IMG/VR virus record: IMGVR_UViG_2862481585_000002
Span: 25,894-89,893 of that record
Reading direction: 5' to 3' (one strand)
Length of the DNA: 64,000 nt
Source of the DNA: a virus
Taxonomy: Duplodnaviria; Caudoviricetes
The notes under the pieces are model-generated. The model worked only from the letters and a program-made list of their open reading frames with translations. It made no database searches and had not been told where the DNA came from. Positions within the stretch are counted from its first letter, which is position 1, and each line of letters starts with the position of its first letter. A program made the translations under genes and the position numbers. This document shows positions 19,757 to 29,621 of the stretch, piece after piece.

Positions 19757-20584
19757 ATGACCAAGGTCTACCCCAACGCAATCCGCAACTTCCCGACACA
19801 CAAGGATGGCCGGGACTTCGTCCTCGCTGCGGATGTGAACGAGATCCAGGACGAACTGACGGGTGTGGAGACGGTGCTCGGCACCAAGCCTCAGGTCTAC
19901 ACGAATGCGGCAGGCAAGAAGTCCGAGTACAAGGACGTCGTCACCCGGCTCGACGCCATGCAGCGCTACGACGACCAGGTCGCCGAGACAGTCAACGCCC
20001 TGGTCGACGCCAGCCAGACCGGCTGGAACCTTCCCGTCGGCACGGTCCGATCCACCGGCAGCACCATCCGGCCGACCGTTCACAACCTGAGCATCCAGGA
20101 GTCCGACTGGCAGCCGGTCCTCTGGAACCGCCGGATCACCGACATGCCTCACCCCGTCCGGATGTTCCCGTGGGCCACCAGCCCCACCATCACCTGCCCC
20201 AAGACAGGTTGGTGGATCATCACCATGCGGGTGATCTCCTCCATCCCCTCGGGCCCCACCAGCCTGGACCACATGTGCTTCGCCCGCATGTACCTGTCCG
20301 ACCACGACACCGACGTGGCCACAGGTGCCTCCACCAACCCCCGCGGCACGCGCGGCTGGCACCGCGCTGACCTCACGTACGCCGGCGAGTGGTTCATGGG
20401 GGAGCGGCTCCAGCTCCAGATCCGCCACATGGACTCCATGAAGGTGAACAACCGCGCGAAGCACCCCAACCCCGTCGGCAACATCACCTCCTACGCCTGG
20501 TGCGGACTGACCTACATCCGAGCCCTCCCCAACGCGTTCACCAGCCGACCGATCGAGGACGTCGACCCGGCGCTGCCGGCCTGA
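19757..20584 (+). CDS. Hypothetical tail/baseplate-associated protein
   Basis: AAGGA RBS; A.DVN.IQDE..VE..LG motif seen in phage fibre-associated proteins. Confidence 0.6.
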   Translation: MTKVYPNAIRNFPTHKDGRDFVLAADVNEIQDELTGVETVLGTKPQVYTNAAGKKSEYKDVVTRLDAMQRYDDQVAETVNALVDASQTGWNLPVGTVRSTGSTIRPTVHNLSIQESDWQPVLWNRRITDMPHPVRMFPWATSPTITCPKTGWWIITMRVISSIPSGPTSLDHMCFARMYLSDHDTDVATGASTNPRGTRGWHRADLTYAGEWFMGERLQLQIRHMDSMKVNNRAKHPNPVGNITSYAWCGLTYIRALPNAFTSRPIEDVDPALPA

Positions 20585-20612
20585 GCACGGCCCATCCCCA
20601 GGAGACCCACCT

Positions 20613-23378
20613 ATGGCCGTGTACGGCTACGACTACTACGGCAAGTCGCTGTACGGCGCGGAAACCGCAGTTCAGTACAGCGTCGAGCCCGTCACCGCGA
20701 CTCCCATCGCACCCGGCCACATCCAGCTCGGTTGGGGTGCCGCGACTCAAAACGCATGGAACACGATGCGGCTCGTCCGCAACCCCTTCGGCGTGCCCGC
20801 CCATGGCGACGACGGCACGGTCATCGCCGAGATCCCACAGACCGCCCCCGGCCGAACCTGGGACGACATCGACCTTCCCGAAGGCCGTGTCTTCTACTAC
20901 GGGCTCTTCCTCGGCGTCACCACCTGGTCGAGCACGACCGCTTACCAGTCCGGCGACATCGTCGCCTACAACGGCATCAATTATGGAGCCGTCGCCGCCA
21001 GCACTGGCATCACGCCAGGCAGCAACTCCAGCGTCTGGCAGCCGACCACCACCAGCGACCCGTGGATTCGAGCGGGCGCGGCTGCCGGCCTGTCGGTGGC
21101 TGACCACGGCTACGCCATGCGCCTGTACAAGTCGATCCCCAGGCCCTACCGACTGGACACGAGCGAAGTCACCGGCTACGAGGACGGAGTCACCAACCCT
21201 GACCTCTTCAAGTTCCTGAGTCTCTTCGGGCACCAACTGGACACCCTCGCTACCCAGACCGACATCCTGCGCGACCTTCGCCACATCGATACCGCGCCGG
21301 ACGACGCCGTCAGGAGCCTGACCCACCAGTTCGGTGTTCTCACCGAAGTGAGCGACGAGCCCATCCGCCGCCGGGTGCACGCCACGAAGGCTGTCGAGCT
21401 GGCGAGGAACCGCGGCACCGACGCTGGGCTCGCCGACCTCATCAACACCCTGACCGGCTGGGACGTCGAGGTCGAAGGCAGCACCAACCTGATGCTCAAC
21501 CAGGACCAGGCGAACTGGGCGAGTCCTAACTACCCCGCCTGGGACAAGGACGTCACCTACCTCGGCGGAGAGGTGGTCAACCACAACGGCGCCCTCTGGA
21601 CTGCGACCAAGTCCGTCAGCGCCATTACGCGCGCCGACACAATGACGGTCACCGCCAGTTCCGGGACCGTCACCAAGAACCCGCCGGCCTCGGGGGGCAC
21701 TGGACCGACGCCGTACATCTACAACACCACCCCGTACATGATCTTGAGCGGACCGGTCAACAGCTACGTGACGGTCTCCTTCACCGTGGCGGCATCAGGT
21801 ACGTACGACCTCTCCATTCGCGCAGCAGACGGAACCGCCTACGGCATCACCACGTACTCCATCGACGGTGTCCAGAGCAGCCTCGGCAAGGTCGACCACT
21901 ACGTCCCGCCCCTGCGCACCGTCCCCATGACGACCTCCTCCACCCGCTACCTCGGCCGGTACACCATGACAGCCGGCACCCACACCTTCACGATCAAGGT
22001 GGTCGGAAAGAACGCCGCAGCCACTGACTACAAGGCCGGCCTGTACAGCCTCTCTGTCACCGGCACCGCCGACCCCTCGCGCGGCCAGGAACCTGTGAAC
22101 GGCAGCGGCTGGTGGACAAAGGTCACGGCCGCCACCGGCATTGACGTCACCAGCAGCCTGACGAACCCGATCACCCGAGGCCCCTCCACGTGGAGCCTGC
22201 GCAACATGACGACCGGCTCCTACCCGGCCGGACTCAGCGTTGCCGCAGGCATCGCCGCTGTCACTGGCACCGACACCAACAACAGTGCCGGCACAGTCAC
22301 CAACACAGGAGGGGCGGCTGCGAACCTCGGCGTCCGCTCGGTCGGCACGCCCACGGCCCCGGCCTGGTCGTCCACCACTGCGTACGTTCTCGACAACCTC
22401 GTGCGCGACACCAAAGGAACCGTCTGGCGGGCGCTCGCGGCCAGCCGGGGCGTCACCCCCGGCACGGACCGCGACGTCTGGGAGGTGGCCGACATACAGA
22501 GCAGTGACCCACTGCCGCTCGCCGCCATGGTCCGCCAGTGGGGCGCTCCGCTGAACAAAACACCGCAGTGGAGTCCCCAGGTCGAGTACGCAGCCGGCGA
22601 CAGGGTCGCGTACAACAACTTCACCTATACCGCCATGACCTCGTCACGGAACCGGGAGCCGGACGGCGACGCCGCGGACAACACCTACTGGCAGTTCGAC
22701 GGCCCGGCACAGCGGATGTGGACCGCCTCTGCGTACACCAAGCTCTTGGCTGGAACGACCAGCACCACCGCGAAGCTCTTCCTCGACTGGTATGACGCGC
22801 AGGGAAATCTCATCACCACCGTGACAGGTGCAACCCCCTCCGGCTTTTTCCAGCGCTTCGATGAACCGACCACAACGCTCAGTGGCGACCGGAGCTACTC
22901 GACGGACTGGCTGTGGGACAGCAGCGGCGCCTGGTCGACAAGCGGCACCTGGGTCGTCTCCAACGGCGTGCTATCCCCGGTCACACCCAGCACCACGCCT
23001 TACACACGGTGGGCACTGAACACCATTCCGACGGGAGCAGCCCCGAACGGAGACCTGCGGTTCTACATCACGTTCATGACCCGACCGCGCCTGGGTGCAG
23101 GCGCCGAGCAAGGCATGATCTTTCGCTCCGACAACACCGCCGCGAACTTCTGGATGGCCTCGCGCACGCGGCTGACCAAGAACGTCAATGGAGCCGTCAC
23201 TGTGATGGCCACCTGGCCAGAGATCCCGGATGGCGGGCGCATCTACGTCCACCTCGCAGCAGGCCTCATCGAGGTCTACCGGTACGTCAGCCCCGGCGTC
23301 GCCCCCGTCAAGATCGCCTCGGTTGCCCAAGCTACGCCGGACGGCGGCGGCTTCGGCCTCATGGAACGGAGCCTGTGA
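20613..23378 (+). CDS. Baseplate gpI-like / tail fibre protein with four CBM5/12-like modules
   Basis: P2 gpI-like segment (FL.LFG..LD..RGT..GL..LTGW); W....Y..GD.V.YNG..Y/W.A repeats. Confidence 0.75.
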   Translation: MAVYGYDYYGKSLYGAETAVQYSVEPVTATPIAPGHIQLGWGAATQNAWNTMRLVRNPFGVPAHGDDGTVIAEIPQTAPGRTWDDIDLPEGRVFYYGLFLGVTTWSSTTAYQSGDIVAYNGINYGAVAASTGITPGSNSSVWQPTTTSDPWIRAGAAAGLSVADHGYAMRLYKSIPRPYRLDTSEVTGYEDGVTNPDLFKFLSLFGHQLDTLATQTDILRDLRHIDTAPDDAVRSLTHQFGVLTEVSDEPIRRRVHATKAVELARNRGTDAGLADLINTLTGWDVEVEGSTNLMLNQDQANWASPNYPAWDKDVTYLGGEVVNHNGALWTATKSVSAITRADTMTVTASSGTVTKNPPASGGTGPTPYIYNTTPYMILSGPVNSYVTVSFTVAASGTYDLSIRAADGTAYGITTYSIDGVQSSLGKVDHYVPPLRTVPMTTSSTRYLGRYTMTAGTHTFTIKVVGKNAAATDYKAGLYSLSVTGTADPSRGQEPVNGSGWWTKVTAATGIDVTSSLTNPITRGPSTWSLRNMTTGSYPAGLSVAAGIAAVTGTDTNNSAGTVTNTGGAAANLGVRSVGTPTAPAWSSTTAYVLDNLVRDTKGTVWRALAASRGVTPGTDRDVWEVADIQSSDPLPLAAMVRQWGAPLNKTPQWSPQVEYAAGDRVAYNNFTYTAMTSSRNREPDGDAADNTYWQFDGPAQRMWTASAYTKLLAGTTSTTAKLFLDWYDAQGNLITTVTGATPSGFFQRFDEPTTTLSGDRSYSTDWLWDSSGAWSTSGTWVVSNGVLSPVTPSTTPYTRWALNTIPTGAAPNGDLRFYITFMTRPRLGAGAEQGMIFRSDNTAANFWMASRTRLTKNVNGAVTVMATWPEIPDGGRIYVHLAAGLIEVYRYVSPGVAPVKIASVAQATPDGGGFGLMERSL

Positions 23379-25070
23379 TGGCGACCCTGCTGATAGCCAG
23401 CCAGCCAGCCGGCACAGGCCGCCGCCTCCACCCACGGCAGCGACCCCCTCATCCAGTACCCGATCGTCATCAGCGGCAGCGCGACCAGCACCTCCAGCGG
23501 CGAGGCGGGTATCACAACGCTGCGCCCGGCCGGCGGGTTCGCGGACCTTGGCGTCGCTGTAGGCACCACGGTGGACCCGGCCATCTCCTACGTGGTCGGA
23601 TCCGAAACGCCCCATACCCTGAATTCGACGTGGCAGCGCATGAGCCTTACTGCCACGGCGCCCATCGACTATGAGCGCGGAGAAGCCGGAAAGCTGTGGA
23701 ACGGTGCCGCGTACGCGAGTGTCGGACTGAGCTGGGACGGTTTGCCAGCCAGTAGCACCGTGGCGTTCGATCGGGTCCAGTTCGCCAGGACGCCCTCGGG
23801 CAACCTGCTCGGGCGCTCGGCCGCCTTCCACGACGACCACATGTGCTACGAGTCCGGCGCCGGCACGATCACCACCCGCACGCGTGAACGGACGATGGTC
23901 GGCGAGTACAGCGCAAAGTGTCTTCTCTCCTACATCCCCGGCGGTACCGACGGATGGGAACTGTCCCCGCACACCGATGCGCTCGCCTCCCTGAAGGCCG
24001 GCGGTGGCCGCGTCACCGGTCGGGTCTCGGTATCCACCGACGTTCCTCGGCGCTGGCGTGTCCGTATCCGTGCGTACGACTCCAACTACAGCCTGGTCTA
24101 CGACGGGCTCTCCTCCGCACCGAACAACACCTCGCATGCCAACGGTGTCTGGTCAACGGCTCAGTTCAGCGCCACGATGCCGAGTACCGCCCGGTACGTG
24201 GCTGTCACGCCATACGTGTACTACGACAGTGCCACCCCTCAGCCGGGCTGGTACTTCTACTCCGACGCCCACTACCTTTCCTACGACATCTCCGACCCGA
24301 ATTTCCGCGTTCCCGAGTGGCGTGCGCCGCGAAGTCTGAAAATTCGTGTCAAGCCCGCACGCGTCAATCTAGTGAACAATCCGGGCTTCAACACCGGGAG
24401 CTCGGGATGGGGCTATTTCGGAGCTTCCGGAGTGTCTGGGCAGATGACCTGGGACAGCTCTACCGGGAGAGGGAAACCGGGGTCGGTCAAGTTCCACCTC
24501 GCCAACGGAAACACCGTCACTAACTCGATAGTCGGCATCGCACCCATATCTGGCATCAACCCCGGCACTAAGGGCGGCGACATGCTGCGGACGGGAGTAC
24601 CCCACATACTCTCGGCCTGGGTGAAGGTGCCTGCCGGCTACCCGCCAGTGAGTGCGGCTGCCTGGGACCCGCTCGCCGCTGTCTACAGGTACGGCCCGAA
24701 CTCCGACTGGATCAGAGCCAACCGTCCTGAGCTGGTCCAAGGAGAATGGGTCCGCGTCTACTACACGTGGACTCCGCCAGCAACCAGCACCCGCCAGTTC
24801 TACGGCGGAGTCCTGGTCCCCAAGGCCACTTACACGGCCAGCAGCAATGGGCTGTCTTTCTGGCTGGACGATGTCCTGCTGGAGGAAACAGACGAACTGC
24901 GCGACTACTTCGATGGGGCTGACATCTCCGCAGACTATCTATGGCAGGGCACCTCCAACATGTCGAAGAGTCTCTATTTCCCTGGAAGGGCGAGGCACGC
25001 GCAACGACTTACCGAAATTGTCCGGGACAATGTGCCGTGGGGAACAACATTCGATCTCGTCTTCTCCTAG
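23378..25070 (+). pseudogene. Tail fibre/carbohydrate-binding protein, frameshifted at (AGCC)4; open frame runs 23397-25070 with possible GTG restart at 23571
   Basis: Coupled ATG at 23378 is out of frame with the long ORF; removing one AGCC gives MATLLIASQPAQAAASTHGSDPLIQYP.. in frame; NLVNNPGF and W.RV motifs are CBM4/9-like. Confidence 0.6.
23395..23410 (+). repeat. (AGCC)4 simple sequence repeat
   Basis: AGCCAGCCAGCCAGCC read directly. Confidence 0.95.
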
Positions 25071-25086
25071 GAATTCCGGAGTGTCA

Positions 25087-25401
25087 ATGGACAAGGTAAG
25101 TATTGTCAACCTACTGGTCGGCGCAGTCCTTCCGCTGATCGTCGCCCTTATCTCGAAGGAGACCTGGGCCGGCTGGGTCAAGGGCCTGCTGCTCGCGGCG
25201 CTCTCGGCGGCCGGCGGTCTGGGGACAGAGTTCGTTGCCGACCCCGACGCCTTCAGGCTGAGCGTCGCCGGCTGGAGCGCAGCCTCCGCCTTCGTCCTCG
25301 GTGTCGCTGCCCACTACGGCGTCTACAAGGGAACGACCGTCCAGGAGCTGCTCGCCAAGGCCCTGTACAAGGCTCCAGCCCCGGCGGACACGTCCGGCTG
25401 A
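25087..25401 (+). CDS. Probable holin
   Basis: 104 aa with about three hydrophobic segments, GGAG RBS, at end of tail module. Confidence 0.7.
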   Translation: MDKVSIVNLLVGAVLPLIVALISKETWAGWVKGLLLAALSAAGGLGTEFVADPDAFRLSVAGWSAASAFVLGVAAHYGVYKGTTVQELLAKALYKAPAPADTSG

Positions 25402-25413
25402 CCGAGCTCCGTT

Positions 25414-25451
25414 GCGGCGAAGCCCGTCCTTACGTGGGGCGGGCTTTCCGC
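25414..25451 (+). terminator. Terminator ending late operon
   Basis: GCGG..AAGCCCGTCC-loop-GGGCGGGCTT..CCGC. Confidence 0.65.
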
Positions 25452-25498
25452 TTGTTGGCCAACTTGTTGTTCAACTTGTACGTTAAGATGTTCCACAA
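25451..25498. promoter_or_regulatory. 12-bp tandem array A (STTGTNNNNCAA-like x4)
   Basis: CTTGTTGGCCAA CTTGTTGTTCAA CTTGTACGTTAA GATGTTCCACAA. Confidence 0.75.
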
Positions 25499-25535
25499 GT
25501 CATGATCTTCGGCGCGTCCGTCAGGACGACGAGGC

Positions 25536-26552
25536 GTGCCCGTACAAGGAGCACAGTTGGCCATCCATATCGCTGTCGCCGGGGCCGGTCCGGTCGACAA
25601 GAGCACCGTCACCGAACTTCTCGACGACTGGCTCGGCATCGACGCCAACGGCAAGCCCACCACCGACGAAGAGGTCTTTCTCGTCCTCCCGGCCGCCGCG
25701 GAACACGTCACCCCCGCCGTGAAGGCGGTCTACAACTGGTCCGGGGAAGTCGACCCCGAGATCCCCTACACCGCCGTCGTCGCCCAGACCCTCGACAAGG
25801 CCTCCAAGGTCATCCGCGACAACGCCGAAAGCGCCGAACCGGCCCGCGACGGCGAGGTCTACACCGTCCTCGGTCGCACGCTCGCCGATCGTCTCACCGG
25901 CGACCGCTTCCTCCTCGTTGCTGGCGGCCAGGACGACGAGGATCTGGCCGACCTGGTCGGCTACTGCCACGACGAGGACATCACCGTCCTCGACCTGCGC
26001 GACGCACTGAAGCAGATCACCCCGCCCGAGCCCGAGGCCGACAACGCCGAAGAGAGCGCGGACCAGGTCGACGAGAAGCCGGCCCCCGAGGAAGAGGCCG
26101 AGGCCGACGAAGAGCCCTGTGAGGGTGGCACTCAGACCCTCGTCCCCCTTCCGCAGCCGCAGCCGGCCGCGACCCTGGAGGACGAGGTGGCAGCGGCACA
26201 CCACCGGATCACGGCCGCCGACCCGAAGGGTATTCAGGGCGTCATTGCCGTCCTGGAGGACGTCACCCACCACCTGCGCCTGGTGGACGAGTCGAACGCC
26301 GCCGCCAACCTCGCCGCTCCCCGGTACCGGCCGATCACCGAGCGGTCGATCCAAGGGCTCGAATGGGCCAAGGCCCTCCAGTACGACGGCCTGAAGCCCG
26401 TGACGTCCGCGGCGGAGCCGGAGGAGCCTCAGCCGGCGAAGCGGAGCAGCGGCAAGGTCCGCAAGGAGTGGTTCAACCCCGAGACGGAGCGGTGGGAGCC
26501 GCTGCGAGGCCGACCGCGCAAGGGAGTCGAGATCCGCCCGGTCGCTGCCTGA
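25536..26552 (+). CDS. Hypothetical acidic protein, first early gene
   Basis: GC3-rich ORF; start may instead be TTG at 25557 after AAGGAG. Confidence 0.75.
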   Translation: MPVQGAQLAIHIAVAGAGPVDKSTVTELLDDWLGIDANGKPTTDEEVFLVLPAAAEHVTPAVKAVYNWSGEVDPEIPYTAVVAQTLDKASKVIRDNAESAEPARDGEVYTVLGRTLADRLTGDRFLLVAGGQDDEDLADLVGYCHDEDITVLDLRDALKQITPPEPEADNAEESADQVDEKPAPEEEAEADEEPCEGGTQTLVPLPQPQPAATLEDEVAAAHHRITAADPKGIQGVIAVLEDVTHHLRLVDESNAAANLAAPRYRPITERSIQGLEWAKALQYDGLKPVTSAAEPEEPQPAKRSSGKVRKEWFNPETERWEPLRGRPRKGVEIRPVAA

Positions 26553-26622
26553 AGCAGCACGCCAGCGGGGCGGCCACGAGCCGCCCCGCTTTCCCACGCC
26601 CCACGCTTCCCGAGGTGACCAG

Positions 26623-26883
26623 ATGAGCCACGAGGACTTCCCGACCGGCACGCTCCAAGGCTGGGCCAGCGCGCCCGTCAGCGTCCCGCGAGAGGTCGCC
26701 ACCGATCGCCGCCTCTCCACCGGAGCCCGAGGCCTGTACCTGTACCTGCTGACCCGCGAGGAGGGCGCCGAGATGACGCCCGCGGCCCTCGCTGGCGAAC
26801 TGCCCGACAGCCTGCCGAAGATCAACGGCTGGTGGGTCGAGCTGCGCGCTGCCGGCCTCATCACCGCTGCGAGTGGCCAGTGA
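26623..26883 (+). CDS. Small winged-helix protein (replication-initiator N-terminus-like)
   Basis: DRRLSTGARGLYLYLL..ELRAAGLI motif; GAGG RBS. Confidence 0.65.
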   Translation: MSHEDFPTGTLQGWASAPVSVPREVATDRRLSTGARGLYLYLLTREEGAEMTPAALAGELPDSLPKINGWWVELRAAGLITAASGQ

Positions 26884-27824
26884 CCGACGCACCAGAGGAC
26901 CGCCTCCAGGCCCACGAACTGTGGGTCCAGACCCCGCACGTTTTCATTGTCGACCACAAGATCTCCGACGCCGCCTTCCGTCTCGGCTGCCTGCTGGCCA
27001 AGTACGCCGGCCGCAACGGCTGCGCCTTCCCGAAGCAGGCGACGCTCGCCAAGGACCTCAACTGGTCCCTGCGCACCGTCTCCCGCCGCATCACCGAACT
27101 GCGGGACAGGGGCTGGCTGCGCTCCGAGCGGCGCTGGCCCGGAGGCCCCTGCAACTACTACCTGGCCACACCTGAGGAGATGGGTTACGCCAAAACTGGC
27201 GTAGGGGTCACGACAGATGTGGCGCAACAAGAAGGAGATTCAAAGAATCTCCTTCCTACGGAAGGGCCGCACGCTCCGCGCACGACGTCCCGGAGGGTCT
27301 CCCGGCGAGCTGAGGAACGGAGGCGGGCGGCTGAGGAAGACGCCTACGACCCGGCCAAGGCCATGGGGTTGTGGGACGACGAGAAGGTGCCGCATGAGGA
27401 CGGTGAGCCGTCCCGTGGCGGATGGGGAGCCGGCAAGCGCACCAGCGCCTCCAGCAGCCGCCGGCCGGGCCCTGACACCGGTCCTGGGTTGGCTCGGCAC
27501 TGGCGGGAGACGGTCGAGGCGCAGCCGTGGGCGTTCGGCCTGGAGAGCAACGTTCGTGCCCTCGCCAGCCACTTCGTGAAGCTCAAGCAGGCCGGCCTGA
27601 CCCCGGACGAGCTGCGGGAGATGAGCGAGCTGTACGCCACCACGGAGGGGCTGCGGAACCCGCGGACGCTCGCCTGGCAGGACTTCATCGGCAAGCGGGC
27701 TCTGCTTATCGATGCGGTCCGCAAGGGGCGCGAGGCAAAGGCCGCGCAGGAGCGCCCGGATGAGGTCTACGACGGCTGGGGCGAGCCCGAGCAGGAGAAG
27801 CCGGCTGACGACTGGTCCTGGTGA
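26880..27824 (+). CDS. HTH_36-type phage replication initiator
   Basis: ISDAAFRL..AFPKQATLAKDLNWSLRTVSRRITELRDRGWL; GTGA coupling; followed by DnaC-like ATPase. Confidence 0.75.
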   Translation: MTDAPEDRLQAHELWVQTPHVFIVDHKISDAAFRLGCLLAKYAGRNGCAFPKQATLAKDLNWSLRTVSRRITELRDRGWLRSERRWPGGPCNYYLATPEEMGYAKTGVGVTTDVAQQEGDSKNLLPTEGPHAPRTTSRRVSRRAEERRRAAEEDAYDPAKAMGLWDDEKVPHEDGEPSRGGWGAGKRTSASSSRRPGPDTGPGLARHWRETVEAQPWAFGLESNVRALASHFVKLKQAGLTPDELREMSELYATTEGLRNPRTLAWQDFIGKRALLIDAVRKGREAKAAQERPDEVYDGWGEPEQEKPADDWSW

Positions 27825-27831
27825 CCCTCAA

Positions 27832-27867
27832 CTTGTTACTTAAGTTGTTCCACAACTTGTGGTTCAA
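27832..27867. promoter_or_regulatory. 12-bp tandem array B (x3)
   Basis: CTTGTTACTTAA GTTGTTCCACAA CTTGTGGTTCAA. Confidence 0.75.
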
Positions 27868-27896
27868 TGAGGTCCTCATCGATCAAGGAGGGGACC

Positions 27897-28586
27897 GTGC
27901 AGACCGCCGAGCCACAGACCAGGGACGAGAGCCTGGTCTGGCGCACCGCCCGCATCCCGGTGAAGCACTGGGGCCGCGGCATCGAGGACCTCAACCAAAT
28001 GAACCCCGAGGTCCGGACGACCGTCGAGCGCTTCATCGCGACGTGGCTCCAGCGCTACATCCCGCTCGACGCGACCATGGCCCAACTCCCGGAGGATCGC
28101 AGCCTTGTCGGCAAGGGGCTGCTCCTCTTCGGCAACGCGGGCACCGGCAAGACGACAACCGCGGCCGGCGTCGCCACCACCATCCGGCGCCACTACGGCG
28201 CAGTGGTCTTCTTCGTCCCCTTCGCCGACTACATCCAGGCCCTGATCGACCACGGCCGCTGGCGGGAGCTCTACCAGGCCACGGGCGACGAGTTCGCCCG
28301 CGAGAAGTTCCTGGCGCTCCAGAAGCTGCTGGACAAGGTGCTCACCTGCCCGCTGGTCGTCCTCGACGACATGGGCAAGGAGCACCACACCTCCAGCGGC
28401 TTCGCAGCCGACGTCTTCGACGCCCTCATCCGCGGCCGGCACCGCAACGGCCGCCCCACCATCCTGACCAGCAACAACCGTCCGGGCGACTGGGACAAGA
28501 CCTACAACGCCTCGATGCAGTCATTCCTCACCGAAGCCTGCGAGGTCGTCCCCATGGCCGGAAGGGACCACCGCCGTGGCGCATAA
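27897..28586 (+). CDS. DnaC/IstB-like AAA+ helicase loader
   Basis: Walker A GNAGTGKT, Walker B LVVLDDMGKE, R....PTILTSN; AAGGAGG RBS before GTG 27897. Confidence 0.9.
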   Translation: MQTAEPQTRDESLVWRTARIPVKHWGRGIEDLNQMNPEVRTTVERFIATWLQRYIPLDATMAQLPEDRSLVGKGLLLFGNAGTGKTTTAAGVATTIRRHYGAVVFFVPFADYIQALIDHGRWRELYQATGDEFAREKFLALQKLLDKVLTCPLVVLDDMGKEHHTSSGFAADVFDALIRGRHRNGRPTILTSNNRPGDWDKTYNASMQSFLTEACEVVPMAGRDHRRGA

Positions 28587-29391
28587 GCACGTCGTCATGT
28601 TCAGCAGTGGTGCCGGCTCCTGGGCGGCGGCCCGGCGCGTGGTCGAGCAGCACGGCAACGAGAACCTCTACCTCGTCTTCTCCGATGTCAAGGGCGACAA
28701 CCCCAGCCCCCACGCCGGCGAAGACAAGGACAACTACCGCTTCCTGCGCCAGGCGGCCTGGGACCTGGGCGGCCAACTGGTCTGGCTGACCGAGGGACGC
28801 GACATCTGGCAGGTCTTCCGGGACGACCGGTTCCTCGGCAACACCCGCCTCGCCAACTGCTCGAAGTTCCTCAAGCAACGGCCAGCGCGTGAATGGCTGG
28901 AGGCCCACTGCGACCCAGACGAGACCACCGTCTACGTCGGCATCGACTGGAGCGAAGCACACCGCCTGCCGGCCATCGAGCGCTCCTACCAGCCCTACAA
29001 GGCCGTCGCCCCGCTCTGCGAGCCGCCCTACCTCGACAAGGAAGACATCCTGGAGCAGCTCCGGGAACGCGGCATCAAGCCGCCCCGCCTCTACGACATG
29101 GGCTTCGCCCACGCCAACTGTGGCGGCTTCTGCGTCCGCTCCGGTCAGGCCCAGTTCAAGAACCTGCTGAAGGTCATGCCAGAGCGCTACGCCTATCACG
29201 AGCAGCAGGAGCAGGCCCTGCGCAACTACCTCGGCAAGGACGTCGCCATCCTCCGGGACCGGCGCGGCGGGACCACCAAGCCCATGACGCTGACGGACTT
29301 CCGCCAGCGCGTCGAGTCCGAGCAGATCAACGTCGACCCGTACGACATCGGCGGCTGCGGCTGCTTCGTCGAGGAAGAGAACGCCGCGTGA
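28576..29391 (+). CDS. PAPS-reductase/PP-loop-like protein with Cys clusters
   Basis: VVMFSSGAGS PP-loop-like, CSKFLK, NCGGFCV, GGCGCF. Confidence 0.7.
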   Translation: MAHKHVVMFSSGAGSWAAARRVVEQHGNENLYLVFSDVKGDNPSPHAGEDKDNYRFLRQAAWDLGGQLVWLTEGRDIWQVFRDDRFLGNTRLANCSKFLKQRPAREWLEAHCDPDETTVYVGIDWSEAHRLPAIERSYQPYKAVAPLCEPPYLDKEDILEQLRERGIKPPRLYDMGFAHANCGGFCVRSGQAQFKNLLKVMPERYAYHEQQEQALRNYLGKDVAILRDRRGGTTKPMTLTDFRQRVESEQINVDPYDIGGCGCFVEEENAA

Positions 29392-29621
29392 TCCACGCCT
29401 GCACCTACGAGCACAGCTTCGAACTGCCGGCCTGGCTGCCCCGCCACCAGATCCGACGCATCGAGCGCTCCGGCCTCACGGTGATCCTCGCCCAGATGCG
29501 CGCGGACGGCGTTGAGCCCGACTGGAGCACCTTCCGCCTCCACGTCGAGTGGCCCCGGCGCACCGGCAAGACCGTCCTGATCAACACCATCATCGCGGCC
29601 CTGAAGGGGGGAGACGAGTGA
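29388..29621 (+). CDS. Small hypothetical protein
   Basis: GTGA coupling at both ends (VIHACTYE..). Confidence 0.55.
   Translation: MIHACTYEHSFELPAWLPRHQIRRIERSGLTVILAQMRADGVEPDWSTFRLHVEWPRRTGKTVLINTIIAALKGGDE

Noticed and set aside
6131-25070. Stand-alone eCIS/tailocin locus
   Set aside because: Capsid, neck genes and a full replication module are contiguous, and no Afp15-like AAA ATPase is seen, so it is a phage tail
14841-25070. Diversity-generating retroelement or invertase-switched tail fibres
   Set aside because: No reverse transcriptase or invertase in the window, and no near-identical TR/VR pair noticed
25451-25498. 12-bp arrays as CRISPR or mini-CRISPR
   Set aside because: Units are contiguous, degenerate and only 12 bp, with no spacers; no cas1/cas2, and the Cas4-like gene is a common stand-alone phage nuclease
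27844-27855. Streptomyces DnaA boxes (TTGTCCACA)
   Set aside because: Sequence is TTGTTCCACA with an extra base and is one variant of the 12-bp unit; other units do not match
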